64,000 nucleotides of DNA from Orbicella franksi. Lineage: Eukaryota. The notes beneath the pieces were generated by a model. It saw only the letters and a list, made by a program, of their open reading frames with translations, ran no database searches and was not told the origin of the DNA. The position numbers were made by a program, and so were the translations under genes. How positions within the stretch are numbered: the stretch's first letter is position 1; each line of letters starts with the position of its first letter. Below, in pieces: positions 26,101 through 33,950 of this stretch. The DNA lies in the NCBI GenBank assembly GCA_964199315.1, contig OZ116698.1, positions 21,700,001-21,764,000 of the forward strand, read 5' to 3'.

Positions 26101-29098
26101 ATCCTACCCTAGTGCGTTGGAGAAAGTGTAGGGTTAGTAAGATACAAAGTGCATGCACTAACCATTAGATCACTACATCTCTTGCAGACTGAGCAATGGT
26201 AGTTAAGGTGAGTAAAGTCTACATATGAGCCAAGTGGCCAATCAGGCCAGAGCTCATCCCAGTTTCTGTAGCATGAAGCGACTAGGAGTATTCCTACTGC
26301 CCATGGGTGGGATGCTAGTCCATTGCAGGGTTACCCCCAGCAAAATTAAATTAGACTGAGCAATACTTACCAGTATTTGGTCTGACAAGCAAGTAAAGGC
26401 CATCTACTTCAGCAATAACTGGTTCTGAATACAAATTTTTCCAAGGTATCTTGAGCACCAGCTTGCCTGCGAAGACAATGAAAGTCATCATCATGACTCA
26501 TTATTTCATTTACAATTTCCATAACAATAATAATTATTTGTTACAGCAAACTTAGAAGCCTCAGCACTTACTCACATTAAGAAATATGATTACTTCCCCT
26601 AGATGGGAAACTACATGTACACTGTAGTCCATTATTTCCCCAAAAGAAAACATGTTCTCCATGTTTATTTAAAGTGAGTTATACAAACACTTAAGAAAGT
26701 TTGAGAGAACTTGAAAATATTGTGGAAGCGCTCGCCCATCAGCCTGTGTTCCCACAGAATTTCTCGTTCTCCCAAACTTCCATTCATATTTCTATTACAC
26801 AATTAGATTACAAGCTTGAGATTTCTATCACGTGATAGTTGAAGAGGGTGCAGCCCGAGTCAACTATCACACATAGAAATCGAGAGCGAATAATCTAATT
26901 GTTTTAGTATAAATCTACTAGTCGTTCAAAACTTTATCTAAATCTTCTTCACGGACACTTTGAAAATGCCAAGAAGTGGCCGTCATTTTGTTAACAAGGA
27001 CACACTACTACACTACTCACTATCTATCACAGAATCGATAGTGAGTAGCATAGCCAATCAGAGAACGGCATTTGTGATGGAATGCTGGTAGATTTATACC
27101 AAAACTCAATAAATAATAGTAAATAGTGATAAAAATAACTTACCTAAATGACCACGCAATACCTTGACTGGTAAATCTAGATCATCCTGCAATCAGAACA
27201 TGCATGTACCTATTACTATGGCATCTGATGCAACTAGGGTATGATGTCTTTATCACTCAGCTAAGATGTTTTTTTGGTTTCCTCCAAAATTAAAATGCAC
27301 AGGACTATTCCTACTTCAAGCGACTTCATTTACTTCATTTCCATTTAACATCTGTTTGTTTTGCAATTTCCAAGGTAGCTAATGTTTCACCCATTGTAAA
27401 ACATCATTGCCCATGCATGCATAGCGTGCCCTTTACTTTTAAAAAGTTTCTTCTGCTCTGTGCAGGGTCTTTCATCCAAAACAAGTGGTTTGTCATTTAT
27501 GATTTCTTAGAGCTCAGCATCTTGTTAATTCTTCAGTTGGTTCAACACTTAAAAGGAGTCAGTCATCTGAAGTAGACATGAGAAACACACTGCAGGCAAT
27601 TGGTCTTCCTGATAGGCACAGGAAGTATGTTGTTATGGTTAACAGTCTCCATACTGACTGAGACAAAATAATTATTTTTATTAAAACTTGGATCATTGGG
27701 TAATGCAATTTAAGAGTTTTCATCAGCTTAGCCATCTTATAATATATGAGCAATTATACCATGCTCTAAAAATATGGTAACTTGGTTTTCTATATTTTGG
27801 GGGTGTTTTGAATAAAACAATTATTTCACTCGCGCTTGTTGGATACGAGATGATTGTAGCCAATTCAGCGTTATGTGCTTCGTTGGCTATCTATCATCTC
27901 ATGTCCTATGCAGACTTGTAGAATAATTGGTAATAAAAAAAAAGCAGAGCTCTTTGTTTCCATGGAGATCTTAATAGGTACTAGTAATATGAAAGCTAAT
28001 AGCATGAGAGCACAGTTAAAAACACCTGTTTCAAATATTTGATGATTGCATGACACTTGTGGCAACTGGCCAGTTCAAAATGGGAGTATAACTGCTATTT
28101 TCACATAGAGGGAAAACCTGTTTACAACCACTTCATTTATATACTAAACATATTTCTAAAGCAAGTTTTGTTGCATCAGAACAACCGCTAATTATATTCC
28201 AATTAATCCAGCTATGTTTCTGTGCCAATTTATAAATAACTTGCATTTTAGTTCACAATATTTTCTTGGACTCGTTTTGTAAAATTGTAACGCCAGACAA
28301 CCCTGAAGGAAAGTAAAATGCAAATATAAATGGCTCAGGTAAGTCGTGGCCAAGACTTGAACAAGCTATATAACATTAAACTTAGGGTATTCCCTTAAAA
28401 AATACTGTATAGAGCTTTAGTACAACTCGTGGCAAGATAACAGGTCAACAGGTTATTTGCACACCAAGCTTTCACGTCTGAATGAAGAGATAACTCTAGA
28501 CGTGTCCATTATTTTTCAACCGGTTGCAAAGACGTATACCTAACTTTAATTTTGCTGGAAAAATCTAGCCATTCGATCTCCAGGGTCCTCCAGTTTGTGG
28601 TAGACATGTCCGGACACTCGCAGACAATACAAACTGTAGGTTTGTATGTGGGCTTGTATGCGGGTTTGTATTCTAGTGAAGTCTACGAGCTTTTATAGTT
28701 TATAGCTAGATATTTCCAAACTATTTTTAAATCCCTTTGCGATTTCAGCCACCGTTGCTGTTTTAAAATAACCTCAAGTCTTATCTGCACTTTAAATGAG
28801 AAAGAACAACCAGGAGTATTTAAACGAATAAAATACACTTACTAAGGCGCTCTCCTTTAAAATCAAATTTTCGAGTCGAACATCTCCTGCAAACGTAAAC
28901 ATAACGTTATTTTAGACAATAAGTTTGAATAAAAAGTAAATCACGATTACAATATTTGAAATTTCTTGCAACTAGCACTGATTAGTTTTGTGACCCACCT
29001 CCCCAAATCCCAAGACGCAACTGCGAGGAATCAAGATTTTCCAAGTATTGGCCGGCGTACTTGTTGAGAAGATCGACCACGTACGACTCGAACACCAT
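606..29098 (-). CDS. VPS13: VPS13A/C-like (chorein) bridge-like lipid transfer protein, 5' portion, 35 exons, runs off window start
   Basis: Starts [79 protein letters not shown] (chorein_N). Phase-consistent exons: 28999-29098, 28843-28886, 27144-27186, 26371-26466, 25912-26022, 24036-24106, 23772-23810, 21966-22025, 20852-20911, 20260-20340, 18359-18425, 17640-17713, 17274-17434, 17092-17178, 16587-16671, 16406-16468, 15789-15903, 15255-15352, 14026-14096, 13719-13796, 13197-13294, 12728-12837, 12310-12368, 11476-11560, 10630-10697, 8199-8280, 7530-7617, 7173-7290, 6468-6540, 4456-4521, 3790-3935, 2925-3012, 2124-2354, 1253-1398, 606-817. Total 3274 nt, open frame; all introns GT-AG except one GC-AG. 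Later motifs include [37 protein letters not shown] and [13 protein letters not shown]. Confidence 0.95.
880..1060. mobile_element. Foldback/MITE-like palindrome
   Basis: Inverted arms aatcagattgcagtattttgatcacgtgattgaaatg / catttcaatcatgtgatcaaaatactgcaatttgatt, with outer arms gagtagtataggg / ccctattctactc. Confidence 0.7.
3333..3468 (+). mobile_element. RTE-type LINE ORF2 C-terminal remnant
   Basis: Frameshifted [10 protein letters not shown] / [17 protein letters not shown]...DEDE*, resembling the RTE C-terminal signature TTWRRTV...WxEAExxAxDRxxWR. Confidence 0.6.
4860..5172. mobile_element. Composite foldback element (101-bp CAATTA..TAATTG hairpin plus module with 17-bp inverted repeats)
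   Basis: caattagaccc 4860-4870 / gggtctaattg 4950-4960; agtatcacccaactagt 4965-4981 / actagttgggtgatact 5154-5170. Confidence 0.75.
5340..5510 (-). mobile_element. CR1/L2-type LINE 3' ORF2 remnant
   Basis: [25 protein letters not shown] resembles the CR1/L2 C-terminal LPxxRTxxxKxSFSYxGAxxWN motif. Confidence 0.6.
5617..5637. repeat. G21 homopolymer (also G14 at 11812-11825 and G16 at 60643-60658)
   Basis: Direct reading. Confidence 0.9.
6808..7089. mobile_element. hAT-like MITE, 282 bp, 6-bp TSD
   Basis: TIRs CAGGGTTCG..ATGAACCCTG, many TTCCAGGAC subterminal repeats, TGTTTA on both flanks. Confidence 0.8.
8885..10445. mobile_element. Composite foldback element interrupted by a 1086-bp insertion
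   Basis: 8885-9075 plus 10162-10445 is the reverse complement of 26640-27110; hairpin at 10176-10276. Confidence 0.75.
9076..10161. mobile_element. Non-autonomous hAT-like element, 6-bp TSD
   Basis: Ends CAGTGTTGGAAATTA / TAATTTCACTG, CTCGCC/GGCGAG subterminal motifs, GATTTA duplicated at 9070-9075 and 10162-10167. Confidence 0.75.
10903..11201 (+). mobile_element. tRNA-derived SINE, family 1 (CORE/Meta-like body)
   Basis: A/B-box-like head (ggttcgaaccc), body gtgttcttgggcaagacacttaactctcac, shared 3' tail with 16805-17016 and 26210-26341. Confidence 0.75.
13456..13640 (-). mobile_element. SINE family 2, partial
   Basis: Reverse-complement match to the 3' part of 20971-21246. Confidence 0.7.
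14487..15217. mobile_element. Foldback element with about 165-bp TIRs
   Basis: aataattgaaggc...gcaaaaaactcagttttc is inverted at gaaaactgagttttttggc...gccttcaattatt. Confidence 0.85.
16110..16175 (-). mobile_element. Possible Ty3/Gypsy reverse transcriptase remnant
   Basis: [15 protein letters not shown] resembles the Gypsy RT motif xRFCVDYRxLN, with TGA plausibly from CGA; short match only. Confidence 0.4.
16805..17016 (-). mobile_element. SINE family 1, internally deleted copy
   Basis: Head and tail match 10903-11201 in reverse; middle missing. Confidence 0.7.
17855..18001. mobile_element. MITE (TAGAGCGGTTT...AAAACCACTCT family)
   Basis: Terminal inverted repeats; a second right end lies at 23585-23704. 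Confidence 0.65.
18039..18204. mobile_element. Near-perfect 166-bp palindromic MITE
   Basis: tggaccttttcggcgatacgacagccattttgaattctattg...caatagaattcaaaatggctgtcgtatcgctgaaaaggtcca; arms pair almost to the centre. Confidence 0.85.
18714..19482 (+). mobile_element. Internally deleted hAT-like element with TTF zinc-finger remnant, 5-bp TSD
   Basis: TIRs CATTGTCTGATCTAG / CTAGATCAGTCACTG, AGGTG on both flanks. ORF 19191-19376 [28 protein letters not shown] matches the ZnF_TTF pattern. Confidence 0.75.
19517..20110. repeat. Split dispersed repeat (GGTCGCTTACGGGAGG-motif family)
   Basis: Motif-rich segments 19517-19625 and 19860-20110 (ending gtttgactgta), separated by unrelated DNA. Confidence 0.5.
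20971..21246 (+). mobile_element. tRNA-derived SINE, family 2
   Basis: Head ggaggcagcgtggccaagtgg...gggtttgagtccc, tail ending aataaaggttat; homologous to 13456-13640. Confidence 0.75.
21354..21748. mobile_element. MITE with about 45-bp TIRs and GTCGA-rich interior
   Basis: ggatcatgtgtagtaaggcat...gtcgagtgttgatcgata inverted at tatcgatcgacactcgac...atgccttaagtatacatgattc. Confidence 0.75.
22075..22335 (+). mobile_element. tRNA-derived SINE, family 3 (V-domain-like), degenerate
   Basis: Decayed tRNA-like head, body ...ggactccagttttcccct..., (ATT)n tail. Confidence 0.5.
22727..23252. mobile_element. Nested MITEs
   Basis: Outer ATAGACCCTTTGCA..TGCAAAGGGTCTAT with about 60-bp arms; inner 22794-23160 GGGTGGCAAATGGT..ACCATTCGCCACCC with CGAGACT repeats. 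Confidence 0.75.
23320..23585. repeat. Dispersed repeat family A, copy 2
   Basis: Near-identical to 235-515. Confidence 0.85.
25007..25112. mobile_element. 106-bp MITE with 9-bp TSD
   Basis: TAGCCTCC..GGAGGCTA termini; CCCAGATAC at 24998-25006 and 25113-25121. Confidence 0.8.
26210..26341 (-). mobile_element. SINE family 1, 3' fragment
   Basis: Reverse match to the tail of 10903-11201. Confidence 0.65.
26640..27110. mobile_element. Composite foldback element, uninterrupted copy
   Basis: Hairpin 26800-26901 between two inverted-repeat modules; reverse complement of the 8885-10445 element minus its insertion. Confidence 0.8.
27660..27930. mobile_element. Composite element with 112-bp CAATTA..TAATTG hairpin
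   Basis: Hairpin 27818-27929 (gagatgattgtagccaa / ttggctatctatcatctc) preceded by AAAA and an upstream module. Confidence 0.6.
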
Positions 29099-29229
29099 GA
29101 TTGTTAAGCGAAGTAGTTCATTTTCAATCCAAAAGAGAGTCTAATCAGGTATTAATTTAGTATTACACAGTTAGGAGCCACTGCTTCCACTCTCAAAACA
29201 AAAAGATGCGAGAGTCATGCGACTCGAAC

Positions 29230-29290
29230 ATGAGCCCGCGGTTATCGTGACGTCATCGCTTTTCCCCGCCACTTTCGCTCCTCGTTTGAA
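29230..29290 (-). promoter_or_regulatory. VPS13 promoter candidate with CRE palindrome and GC box
   Basis: TGACGTCA 29248-29255 and a CCCCGCC GC box just after it, in CpG-rich DNA about 150 bp upstream of the ATG. Confidence 0.5.
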
Positions 29291-29734
29291 ATTTTCGACG
29301 ATCTTTTTTCTTGCAAAACAATCAAGACAATCAAGAGAGGCCCGTCTGACTGAAAAAAATGCCAATTTTTCGCAGTAGCACAACTTTGTAGGTGTCCATT
29401 TATGCTAAAACAATCGGAGTACTTCTGAAGCGATAAATTTTTAACGCAGACAGGCAAAATTAGAACCTGCAGAGTTCCACTGAACGCGTACATTCCGTGT
29501 ATTTCAAGCATGAAAATGGCTACCAGAAACCAGTTGCAAACCTCGAGAAAAAGAAAACGACAAGAATTAGTTTTGGAAAGGTTTTGTGCTCATTGCTTCA
29601 ATTTCATTGGAATATTCAATTGGCTTCTTTTTCACCACAGGGAGCCCACAACATTCACCTCAGTAACACTAAGGATTATACACCGGATAAAATGTCAAGA
29701 ATATATTTATGACACAAGCCTACTAAACATATTT

Positions 29735-29857
29735 CCTCCGCCCCCCCCCCCCTTTATTTTGGGTAAAAAATCGCAGAAGGAAGAAAAGCCGGTAGAGCAA
29801 GCCCTCACTCCCTCCCCCCCCCCCCTCCCCCTTGGCTTAAGGTCTGGATCCGCCACT
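29735..29857. mobile_element. hAT-type MITE right-end fragment
   Basis: Ends ...ggtctggatccgccactg with C-runs; left TIR not found. Confidence 0.5.
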
Positions 29858-30399
29858 GAACGTATCGCGAAAATTGAGGATTTTCATGTTTCTGCATTCA
29901 ACAAAGAGTGTGGCATGGCATGAAGTAAATTTTTTTCTTAAATTCGTCTGTACGAAAAACTAGAAATAAACTTTTAACACAGGTTCCCCAACATAGCAAC
30001 ATCTCCCAGATTTAATTAGCAGAATCTTTCTCTCTTTTTTTGATATATTTTGAACAAATTGAATGTTAGGTAAATCGTAAATCAATTCCTTCTTTGATGT
30101 TACTTACTGAAAAGTAAAACTCTATCCTGATTCAAGGTGATGTGGAACACAACCAGTAACCGGGGCGAAGGGTTAGAAATTACTACTGAAAGACTCTAAA
30201 GATATTCTGAGCCCAACAAAAAAATATACGGTCTTGTAAAAATACTTGTTGGGGGAATAAAAGGACATTTAAGTCAGTGCTTCCTTTCATTTCCTCTCAA
30301 TTTACCACCCGGAACAAGGTGGCCATTTTAGCAAAAACGACTCTAAGATACACAGTATACCTTGCGTAAACGGTCCTTGTTACCGATCTCACGGTTTTC

Positions 30400-30720
30400 G
30401 AATTTTTCGTTCAAACAAAAAACAAGCCTCACCGCTCGATTTATCACGCCATATTTAGGATTTATGCGGAGTTTCATAAGAATCCGTTGCGCATTCATAA
30501 AAATATGGGATCCCAAACTTGCCAATCTTTTCAGAGAAATGTATCACAGGGGCAACGCTTGCCCCTGGCATCCATTTTTCTGAAAAAATTGCAAGTTTTG
30601 GATGCCATATTCTGATGAGTTTGCAACAGATTCTTATGAACCTTTGCATATCTACTAAATTCGGCATGATAAATTGATCTGTGCAGGGTTTTTTTTGCTT
30701 GTATGTAAAATACGAAAAAG
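30400..30720. repeat. Degenerate foldback palindrome centred near 30555
   Basis: ttcataagaatccgttgc..cttgccaatcttttcaga / tctgaaaaaattgcaag..gcaacagattcttatgaa around caggggcaacgcttgcccctg. Confidence 0.65.
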
Positions 30721-31716
30721 TGTTAATATTGCGTGTCAACGGTAAGAATGTCCATTAAAAGCAAAAGTATCAAATTAAAATGGGCAAACACACTACAGCC
30801 TTCTGATCTGGGCTTGAGTCTTTCTCCGTCAACTAGGCGCTAAGGCCAGGCAGCCCAGGTAGCCTGATCACATGAAAGGATGAGCACCAAGACTCGCTTT
30901 GAGAAAGTGGTGAAAGGTGATATTGGTTTTTATGGTCGGCCATTCGTTTGAAAATTACGACAGGGTATATGCGGGTTTCTCTGCCGCGTGTACTTGTTAA
31001 CACGCGTTACGTATGGGCTTTAAGCCCAAATACAGGACCATTTAGATCACGTAGATACGCACCCACATATTTGCGTAAACCCAAGCGCGGGGATATGCGA
31101 AATATATGCCCAAATATACGCGTCCTACAAGAACCTGCAGGTCTTGCAAATTACGTTGTATATGCCAGCACGAAAAGTGCGTTATGCCACAATGGCTTGT
31201 TCATGTTTGATGGCAACGTAAATTACTTTACCTAGAAATCGCCGACAGTGGTGAAATGTCTTGTTGTGGTGATCTATTTATTTTTTGCTACTGCTCTCCC
31301 ACGACTGAACTTCTAGAAACAGTAATGCGTCTTTTGGATGATTGATAAAGATTTTATCCGCACGCAGATCGTAACATGGCAGAGAACTTCATCGTTTGTC
31401 TTGAAGTTGCTCTGGATTCTGTTCATTGTTTAGTTGATTCTTTGAACAGAAGTGCCCAAGCAAATGCTGAGAGAATACTGCCTCTTGAATTGCTGGTGAG
31501 ACAACTTCAATATTTACTACATAGATGAGAAATACTTGCAGTAAGAGCTCGGGTACATTCTCTCATAGTCGGATGACAGGCGTCCCAAGCTCACGTCTCG
31601 AGAAAAGCGAAAAAAAAGTTAATTCTCGGACACGTACGTATTTATTGATGAAAGCGTCACGCGCGCGTTGTGTGAGTCTGGGGCGAAAAGAGGCGTGATC
31701 ACGGTGTCGAATGTTT

Positions 31717-31982
31717 CATTCTCGTCCCCAGAGGCCGCGCTCCTTTTGGTCAGCACCCAGAATCGCGACCTCTGGGAAGGTCCAAATTTCTGAGCATACG
31801 CAGAGTAATCGTTTCGTATTCTCAGCCAATCGGATTTTTCAGACTTGACTCTGAGCATGCGCAGATTGACGGGAAGTCCGTGAATCGCGGACTTCCGGTG
31901 TTGGACCTTCCCAGAGGTCGATCTCAGAGGTCTCGATTCTTGGTGCAGACCAAAAGGAGCGCGGCCTCTGGGGACGAGAATG
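31717..31982. mobile_element. 266-bp MITE with about 60-bp TIRs
   Basis: CATTCTCGTCCCCAGAGGCCGCGCTCCTTTTGGTC..GACCAAAAGGAGCGCGGCCTCTGGGGACGAGAATG. Confidence 0.9.
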
Positions 31983-32599
31983 CTTGAGATTCAGCTAGGC
32001 CTAGTCGTGTCCAGTCCTCTACAGTTTATCCGTTGCATATATTTTCCCCGTATACCACAGCAAAATATTGTGCAAATAACTGTTTTATCTCATGCTGCTC
32101 CTATACATGTACCTTACAGGTATTAGGCTAGATTACGCTACGAGCGCTCTGTTTGCTTTTTTTTTTCTGAAATCCTCTGTGCGATAGGAAAATTAAAAAT
32201 ATGCAAATTGGGCAAAGAAACCACTCAATCATCATTGTTCATTTGCTTCGCATTCGTGTATTCGATTGGTAGGCTAGGAAAAGAACGAGACTTTTCGCAG
32301 TCGAGTACTAGGTAGACAACTTAGATAAGGTACAACTTTGACAAAATTGTGAAAAACGTAACACGGAGAAGAGTAAGAAACAGACATGGTCATTTCGGAT
32401 CTCCAGTGGACTGTAAAGATAATCTCGTTCCCAGGCTCTCTCTCCTTTGCCTCCGTTGTCGTTGAGGAGATAGCTAAACGTCATGAACGATGGAGAGATT
32501 TTGAAGGTGTTTAACTACTATTATTGTAGAGGAAAGAGCTCCGAACCAAAGTATTTTAGTTCCACCGAATACTAAATTATATCGCTTCAATAGATTTGC

Positions 32600-33216
32600 G
32601 GCTGGTTTTCACTAGGAGTCGGAGTCGTGGTCGTAAAAGAGCTTACGACCTTGTGAAAATCAAAAACCGGAGTGGAGTAAGCGGAGTGATCGGAGTCATA
32701 AGCTCAGCGGAATCGGAGTCGGAAGATAAGATAAATAGACACCTTTATTTAAAAGTAAAAAACTCTAAAGGTAAAATTTTCAGGTAGACCCTTCAGGGAG
32801 CTTACAAAGCATCTCTGCTATCAATAGGAGCCCTGAAGCTATTACCTAACATAGAATACACAGTGATACTTATATAGGATAATAGGAAGAATCAGAACGT
32901 TTCCATTTCTTCCGATTCCGTTTACGAATCCGTCGGTTATGATCCAGTGGAAACTAGATTGTCGGAGTCAGAAGCAGAAGCAGAAGAACCAACCAATCAC
33001 AAGGCCCGGAATCGGGCATTGTTGTTGGTTTGTTCTTCCGCTCATGCTTCCGACTCCAACAATCCAGTTTCCACTGGATCGTAAATAAGCGACGGAGTCA
33101 TAAGCGGAATGGGTACTATGCTTCCGACTCCGTCGGTTTGATTTTCACTACATCGCATCGCTCTACTCTTCTGACTACGACTCCGACTACGACCCCGTCG
33201 CTAATCAAAACTAGCC
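32600..33216. mobile_element. PIF/Harbinger-like MITE (GGCTGGTTTTCACT ends, CGGAGT repeats) with a nested insertion
   Basis: GGC..GCC termini, TTA right flank, dense GGAGTC/GACTCC repeats; interrupted at 32726-32884. Confidence 0.65.
32726..32884 (-). mobile_element. 5'-truncated retroposon tail inserted in a MITE
   Basis: GGAAG duplicated at 32721-32725 and 32885-32889; the minus strand ends aaataaaggtgtctatttatcttat. Confidence 0.6.
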
Positions 33217-33507
33217 TTAATAATGAAAGTCTTAGTCGCGAAGTAGAATAACCATGCTCAGGCACCAGAGGCTAAATTGCTTTGCTCACAAAAAGGGAAC
33301 GAAAGCTTTGAGGAATACATATCAAGAATTTTACGACACGCAAAATAGACTACAAAACATTTGTCCCCTCTGTTTTTCTCCACTGTCTGTAACATGTAAC
33401 TCGTAAAGCACTTGTTATATTTGAAAGAACGTAATGCCTAGTTCCCTAGTCCCCATGTTACGATGTTACGATCACTGTGATCACTCTAGAAAAAGTTAAG
33501 CGATCCT

Positions 33508-33720
33508 TAAGACCACCTTTTCCATATAATCGCCATGATTGATACGGGATTTAAAACAATGCCTCACAAGACCTGGATAAAACAACGATGCATTGATTTC
33601 TGGTATATATTTCATCGCGTGGACAGCTATATAGGATCTCTGGGGAGAGTTTTTCATGTGATCTCAACAATCGTTGAACTTTTTTGCAGTGATGCAAGCG
33701 ATCATATGGAGAGCAGCCTT
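33508..33720. mobile_element. Degenerate MITE (TTCCATAT.ATCGC / GCGATCATATGGA TIRs)
   Basis: Inverted termini flanked by TTAA-like sequence. Confidence 0.55.
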
Positions 33721-33950
33721 AAAGGAGCCCAGTCGTGGTATTCTGAGTTATTTTGGCGGCCATGTACAAAATTACCTTTACATTGAAGGAAACTTGAAAA
33801 TAGTAGTTTACCAAGATAGATAAACACCAAATAAATAATAATCCATAAAGGAACAGGAATGGTTAAGGATGGATAAGATAAACACGTACTACAAACAAAC
33901 GAACTTTAAAGATTTAGGCTCGGCTTTTCAAGATGCGCAAACCGTAATAA
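33718..33950. mobile_element. End fragment of a TTAA-flanked DNA element (Kolobok/piggyBac-like)
   Basis: Begins TTAAAGGAGC; other end not found. Confidence 0.3.

Noticed and set aside
31377-31530. Short ORF MAENFIVCLEVALDSVHCL... possibly from a transposon accessory gene
   Set aside because: About 50 codons, no diagnostic motif and no identifiable element ends.
32600-33216. Regularly recurring short motifs (GGAGTC; also TTCCAGGAC at 6830-7075) that might suggest a CRISPR-like array
   Set aside because: Irregular subterminal repeats inside TIR-bounded eukaryotic MITEs; no constant repeat-spacer period and no cas genes.
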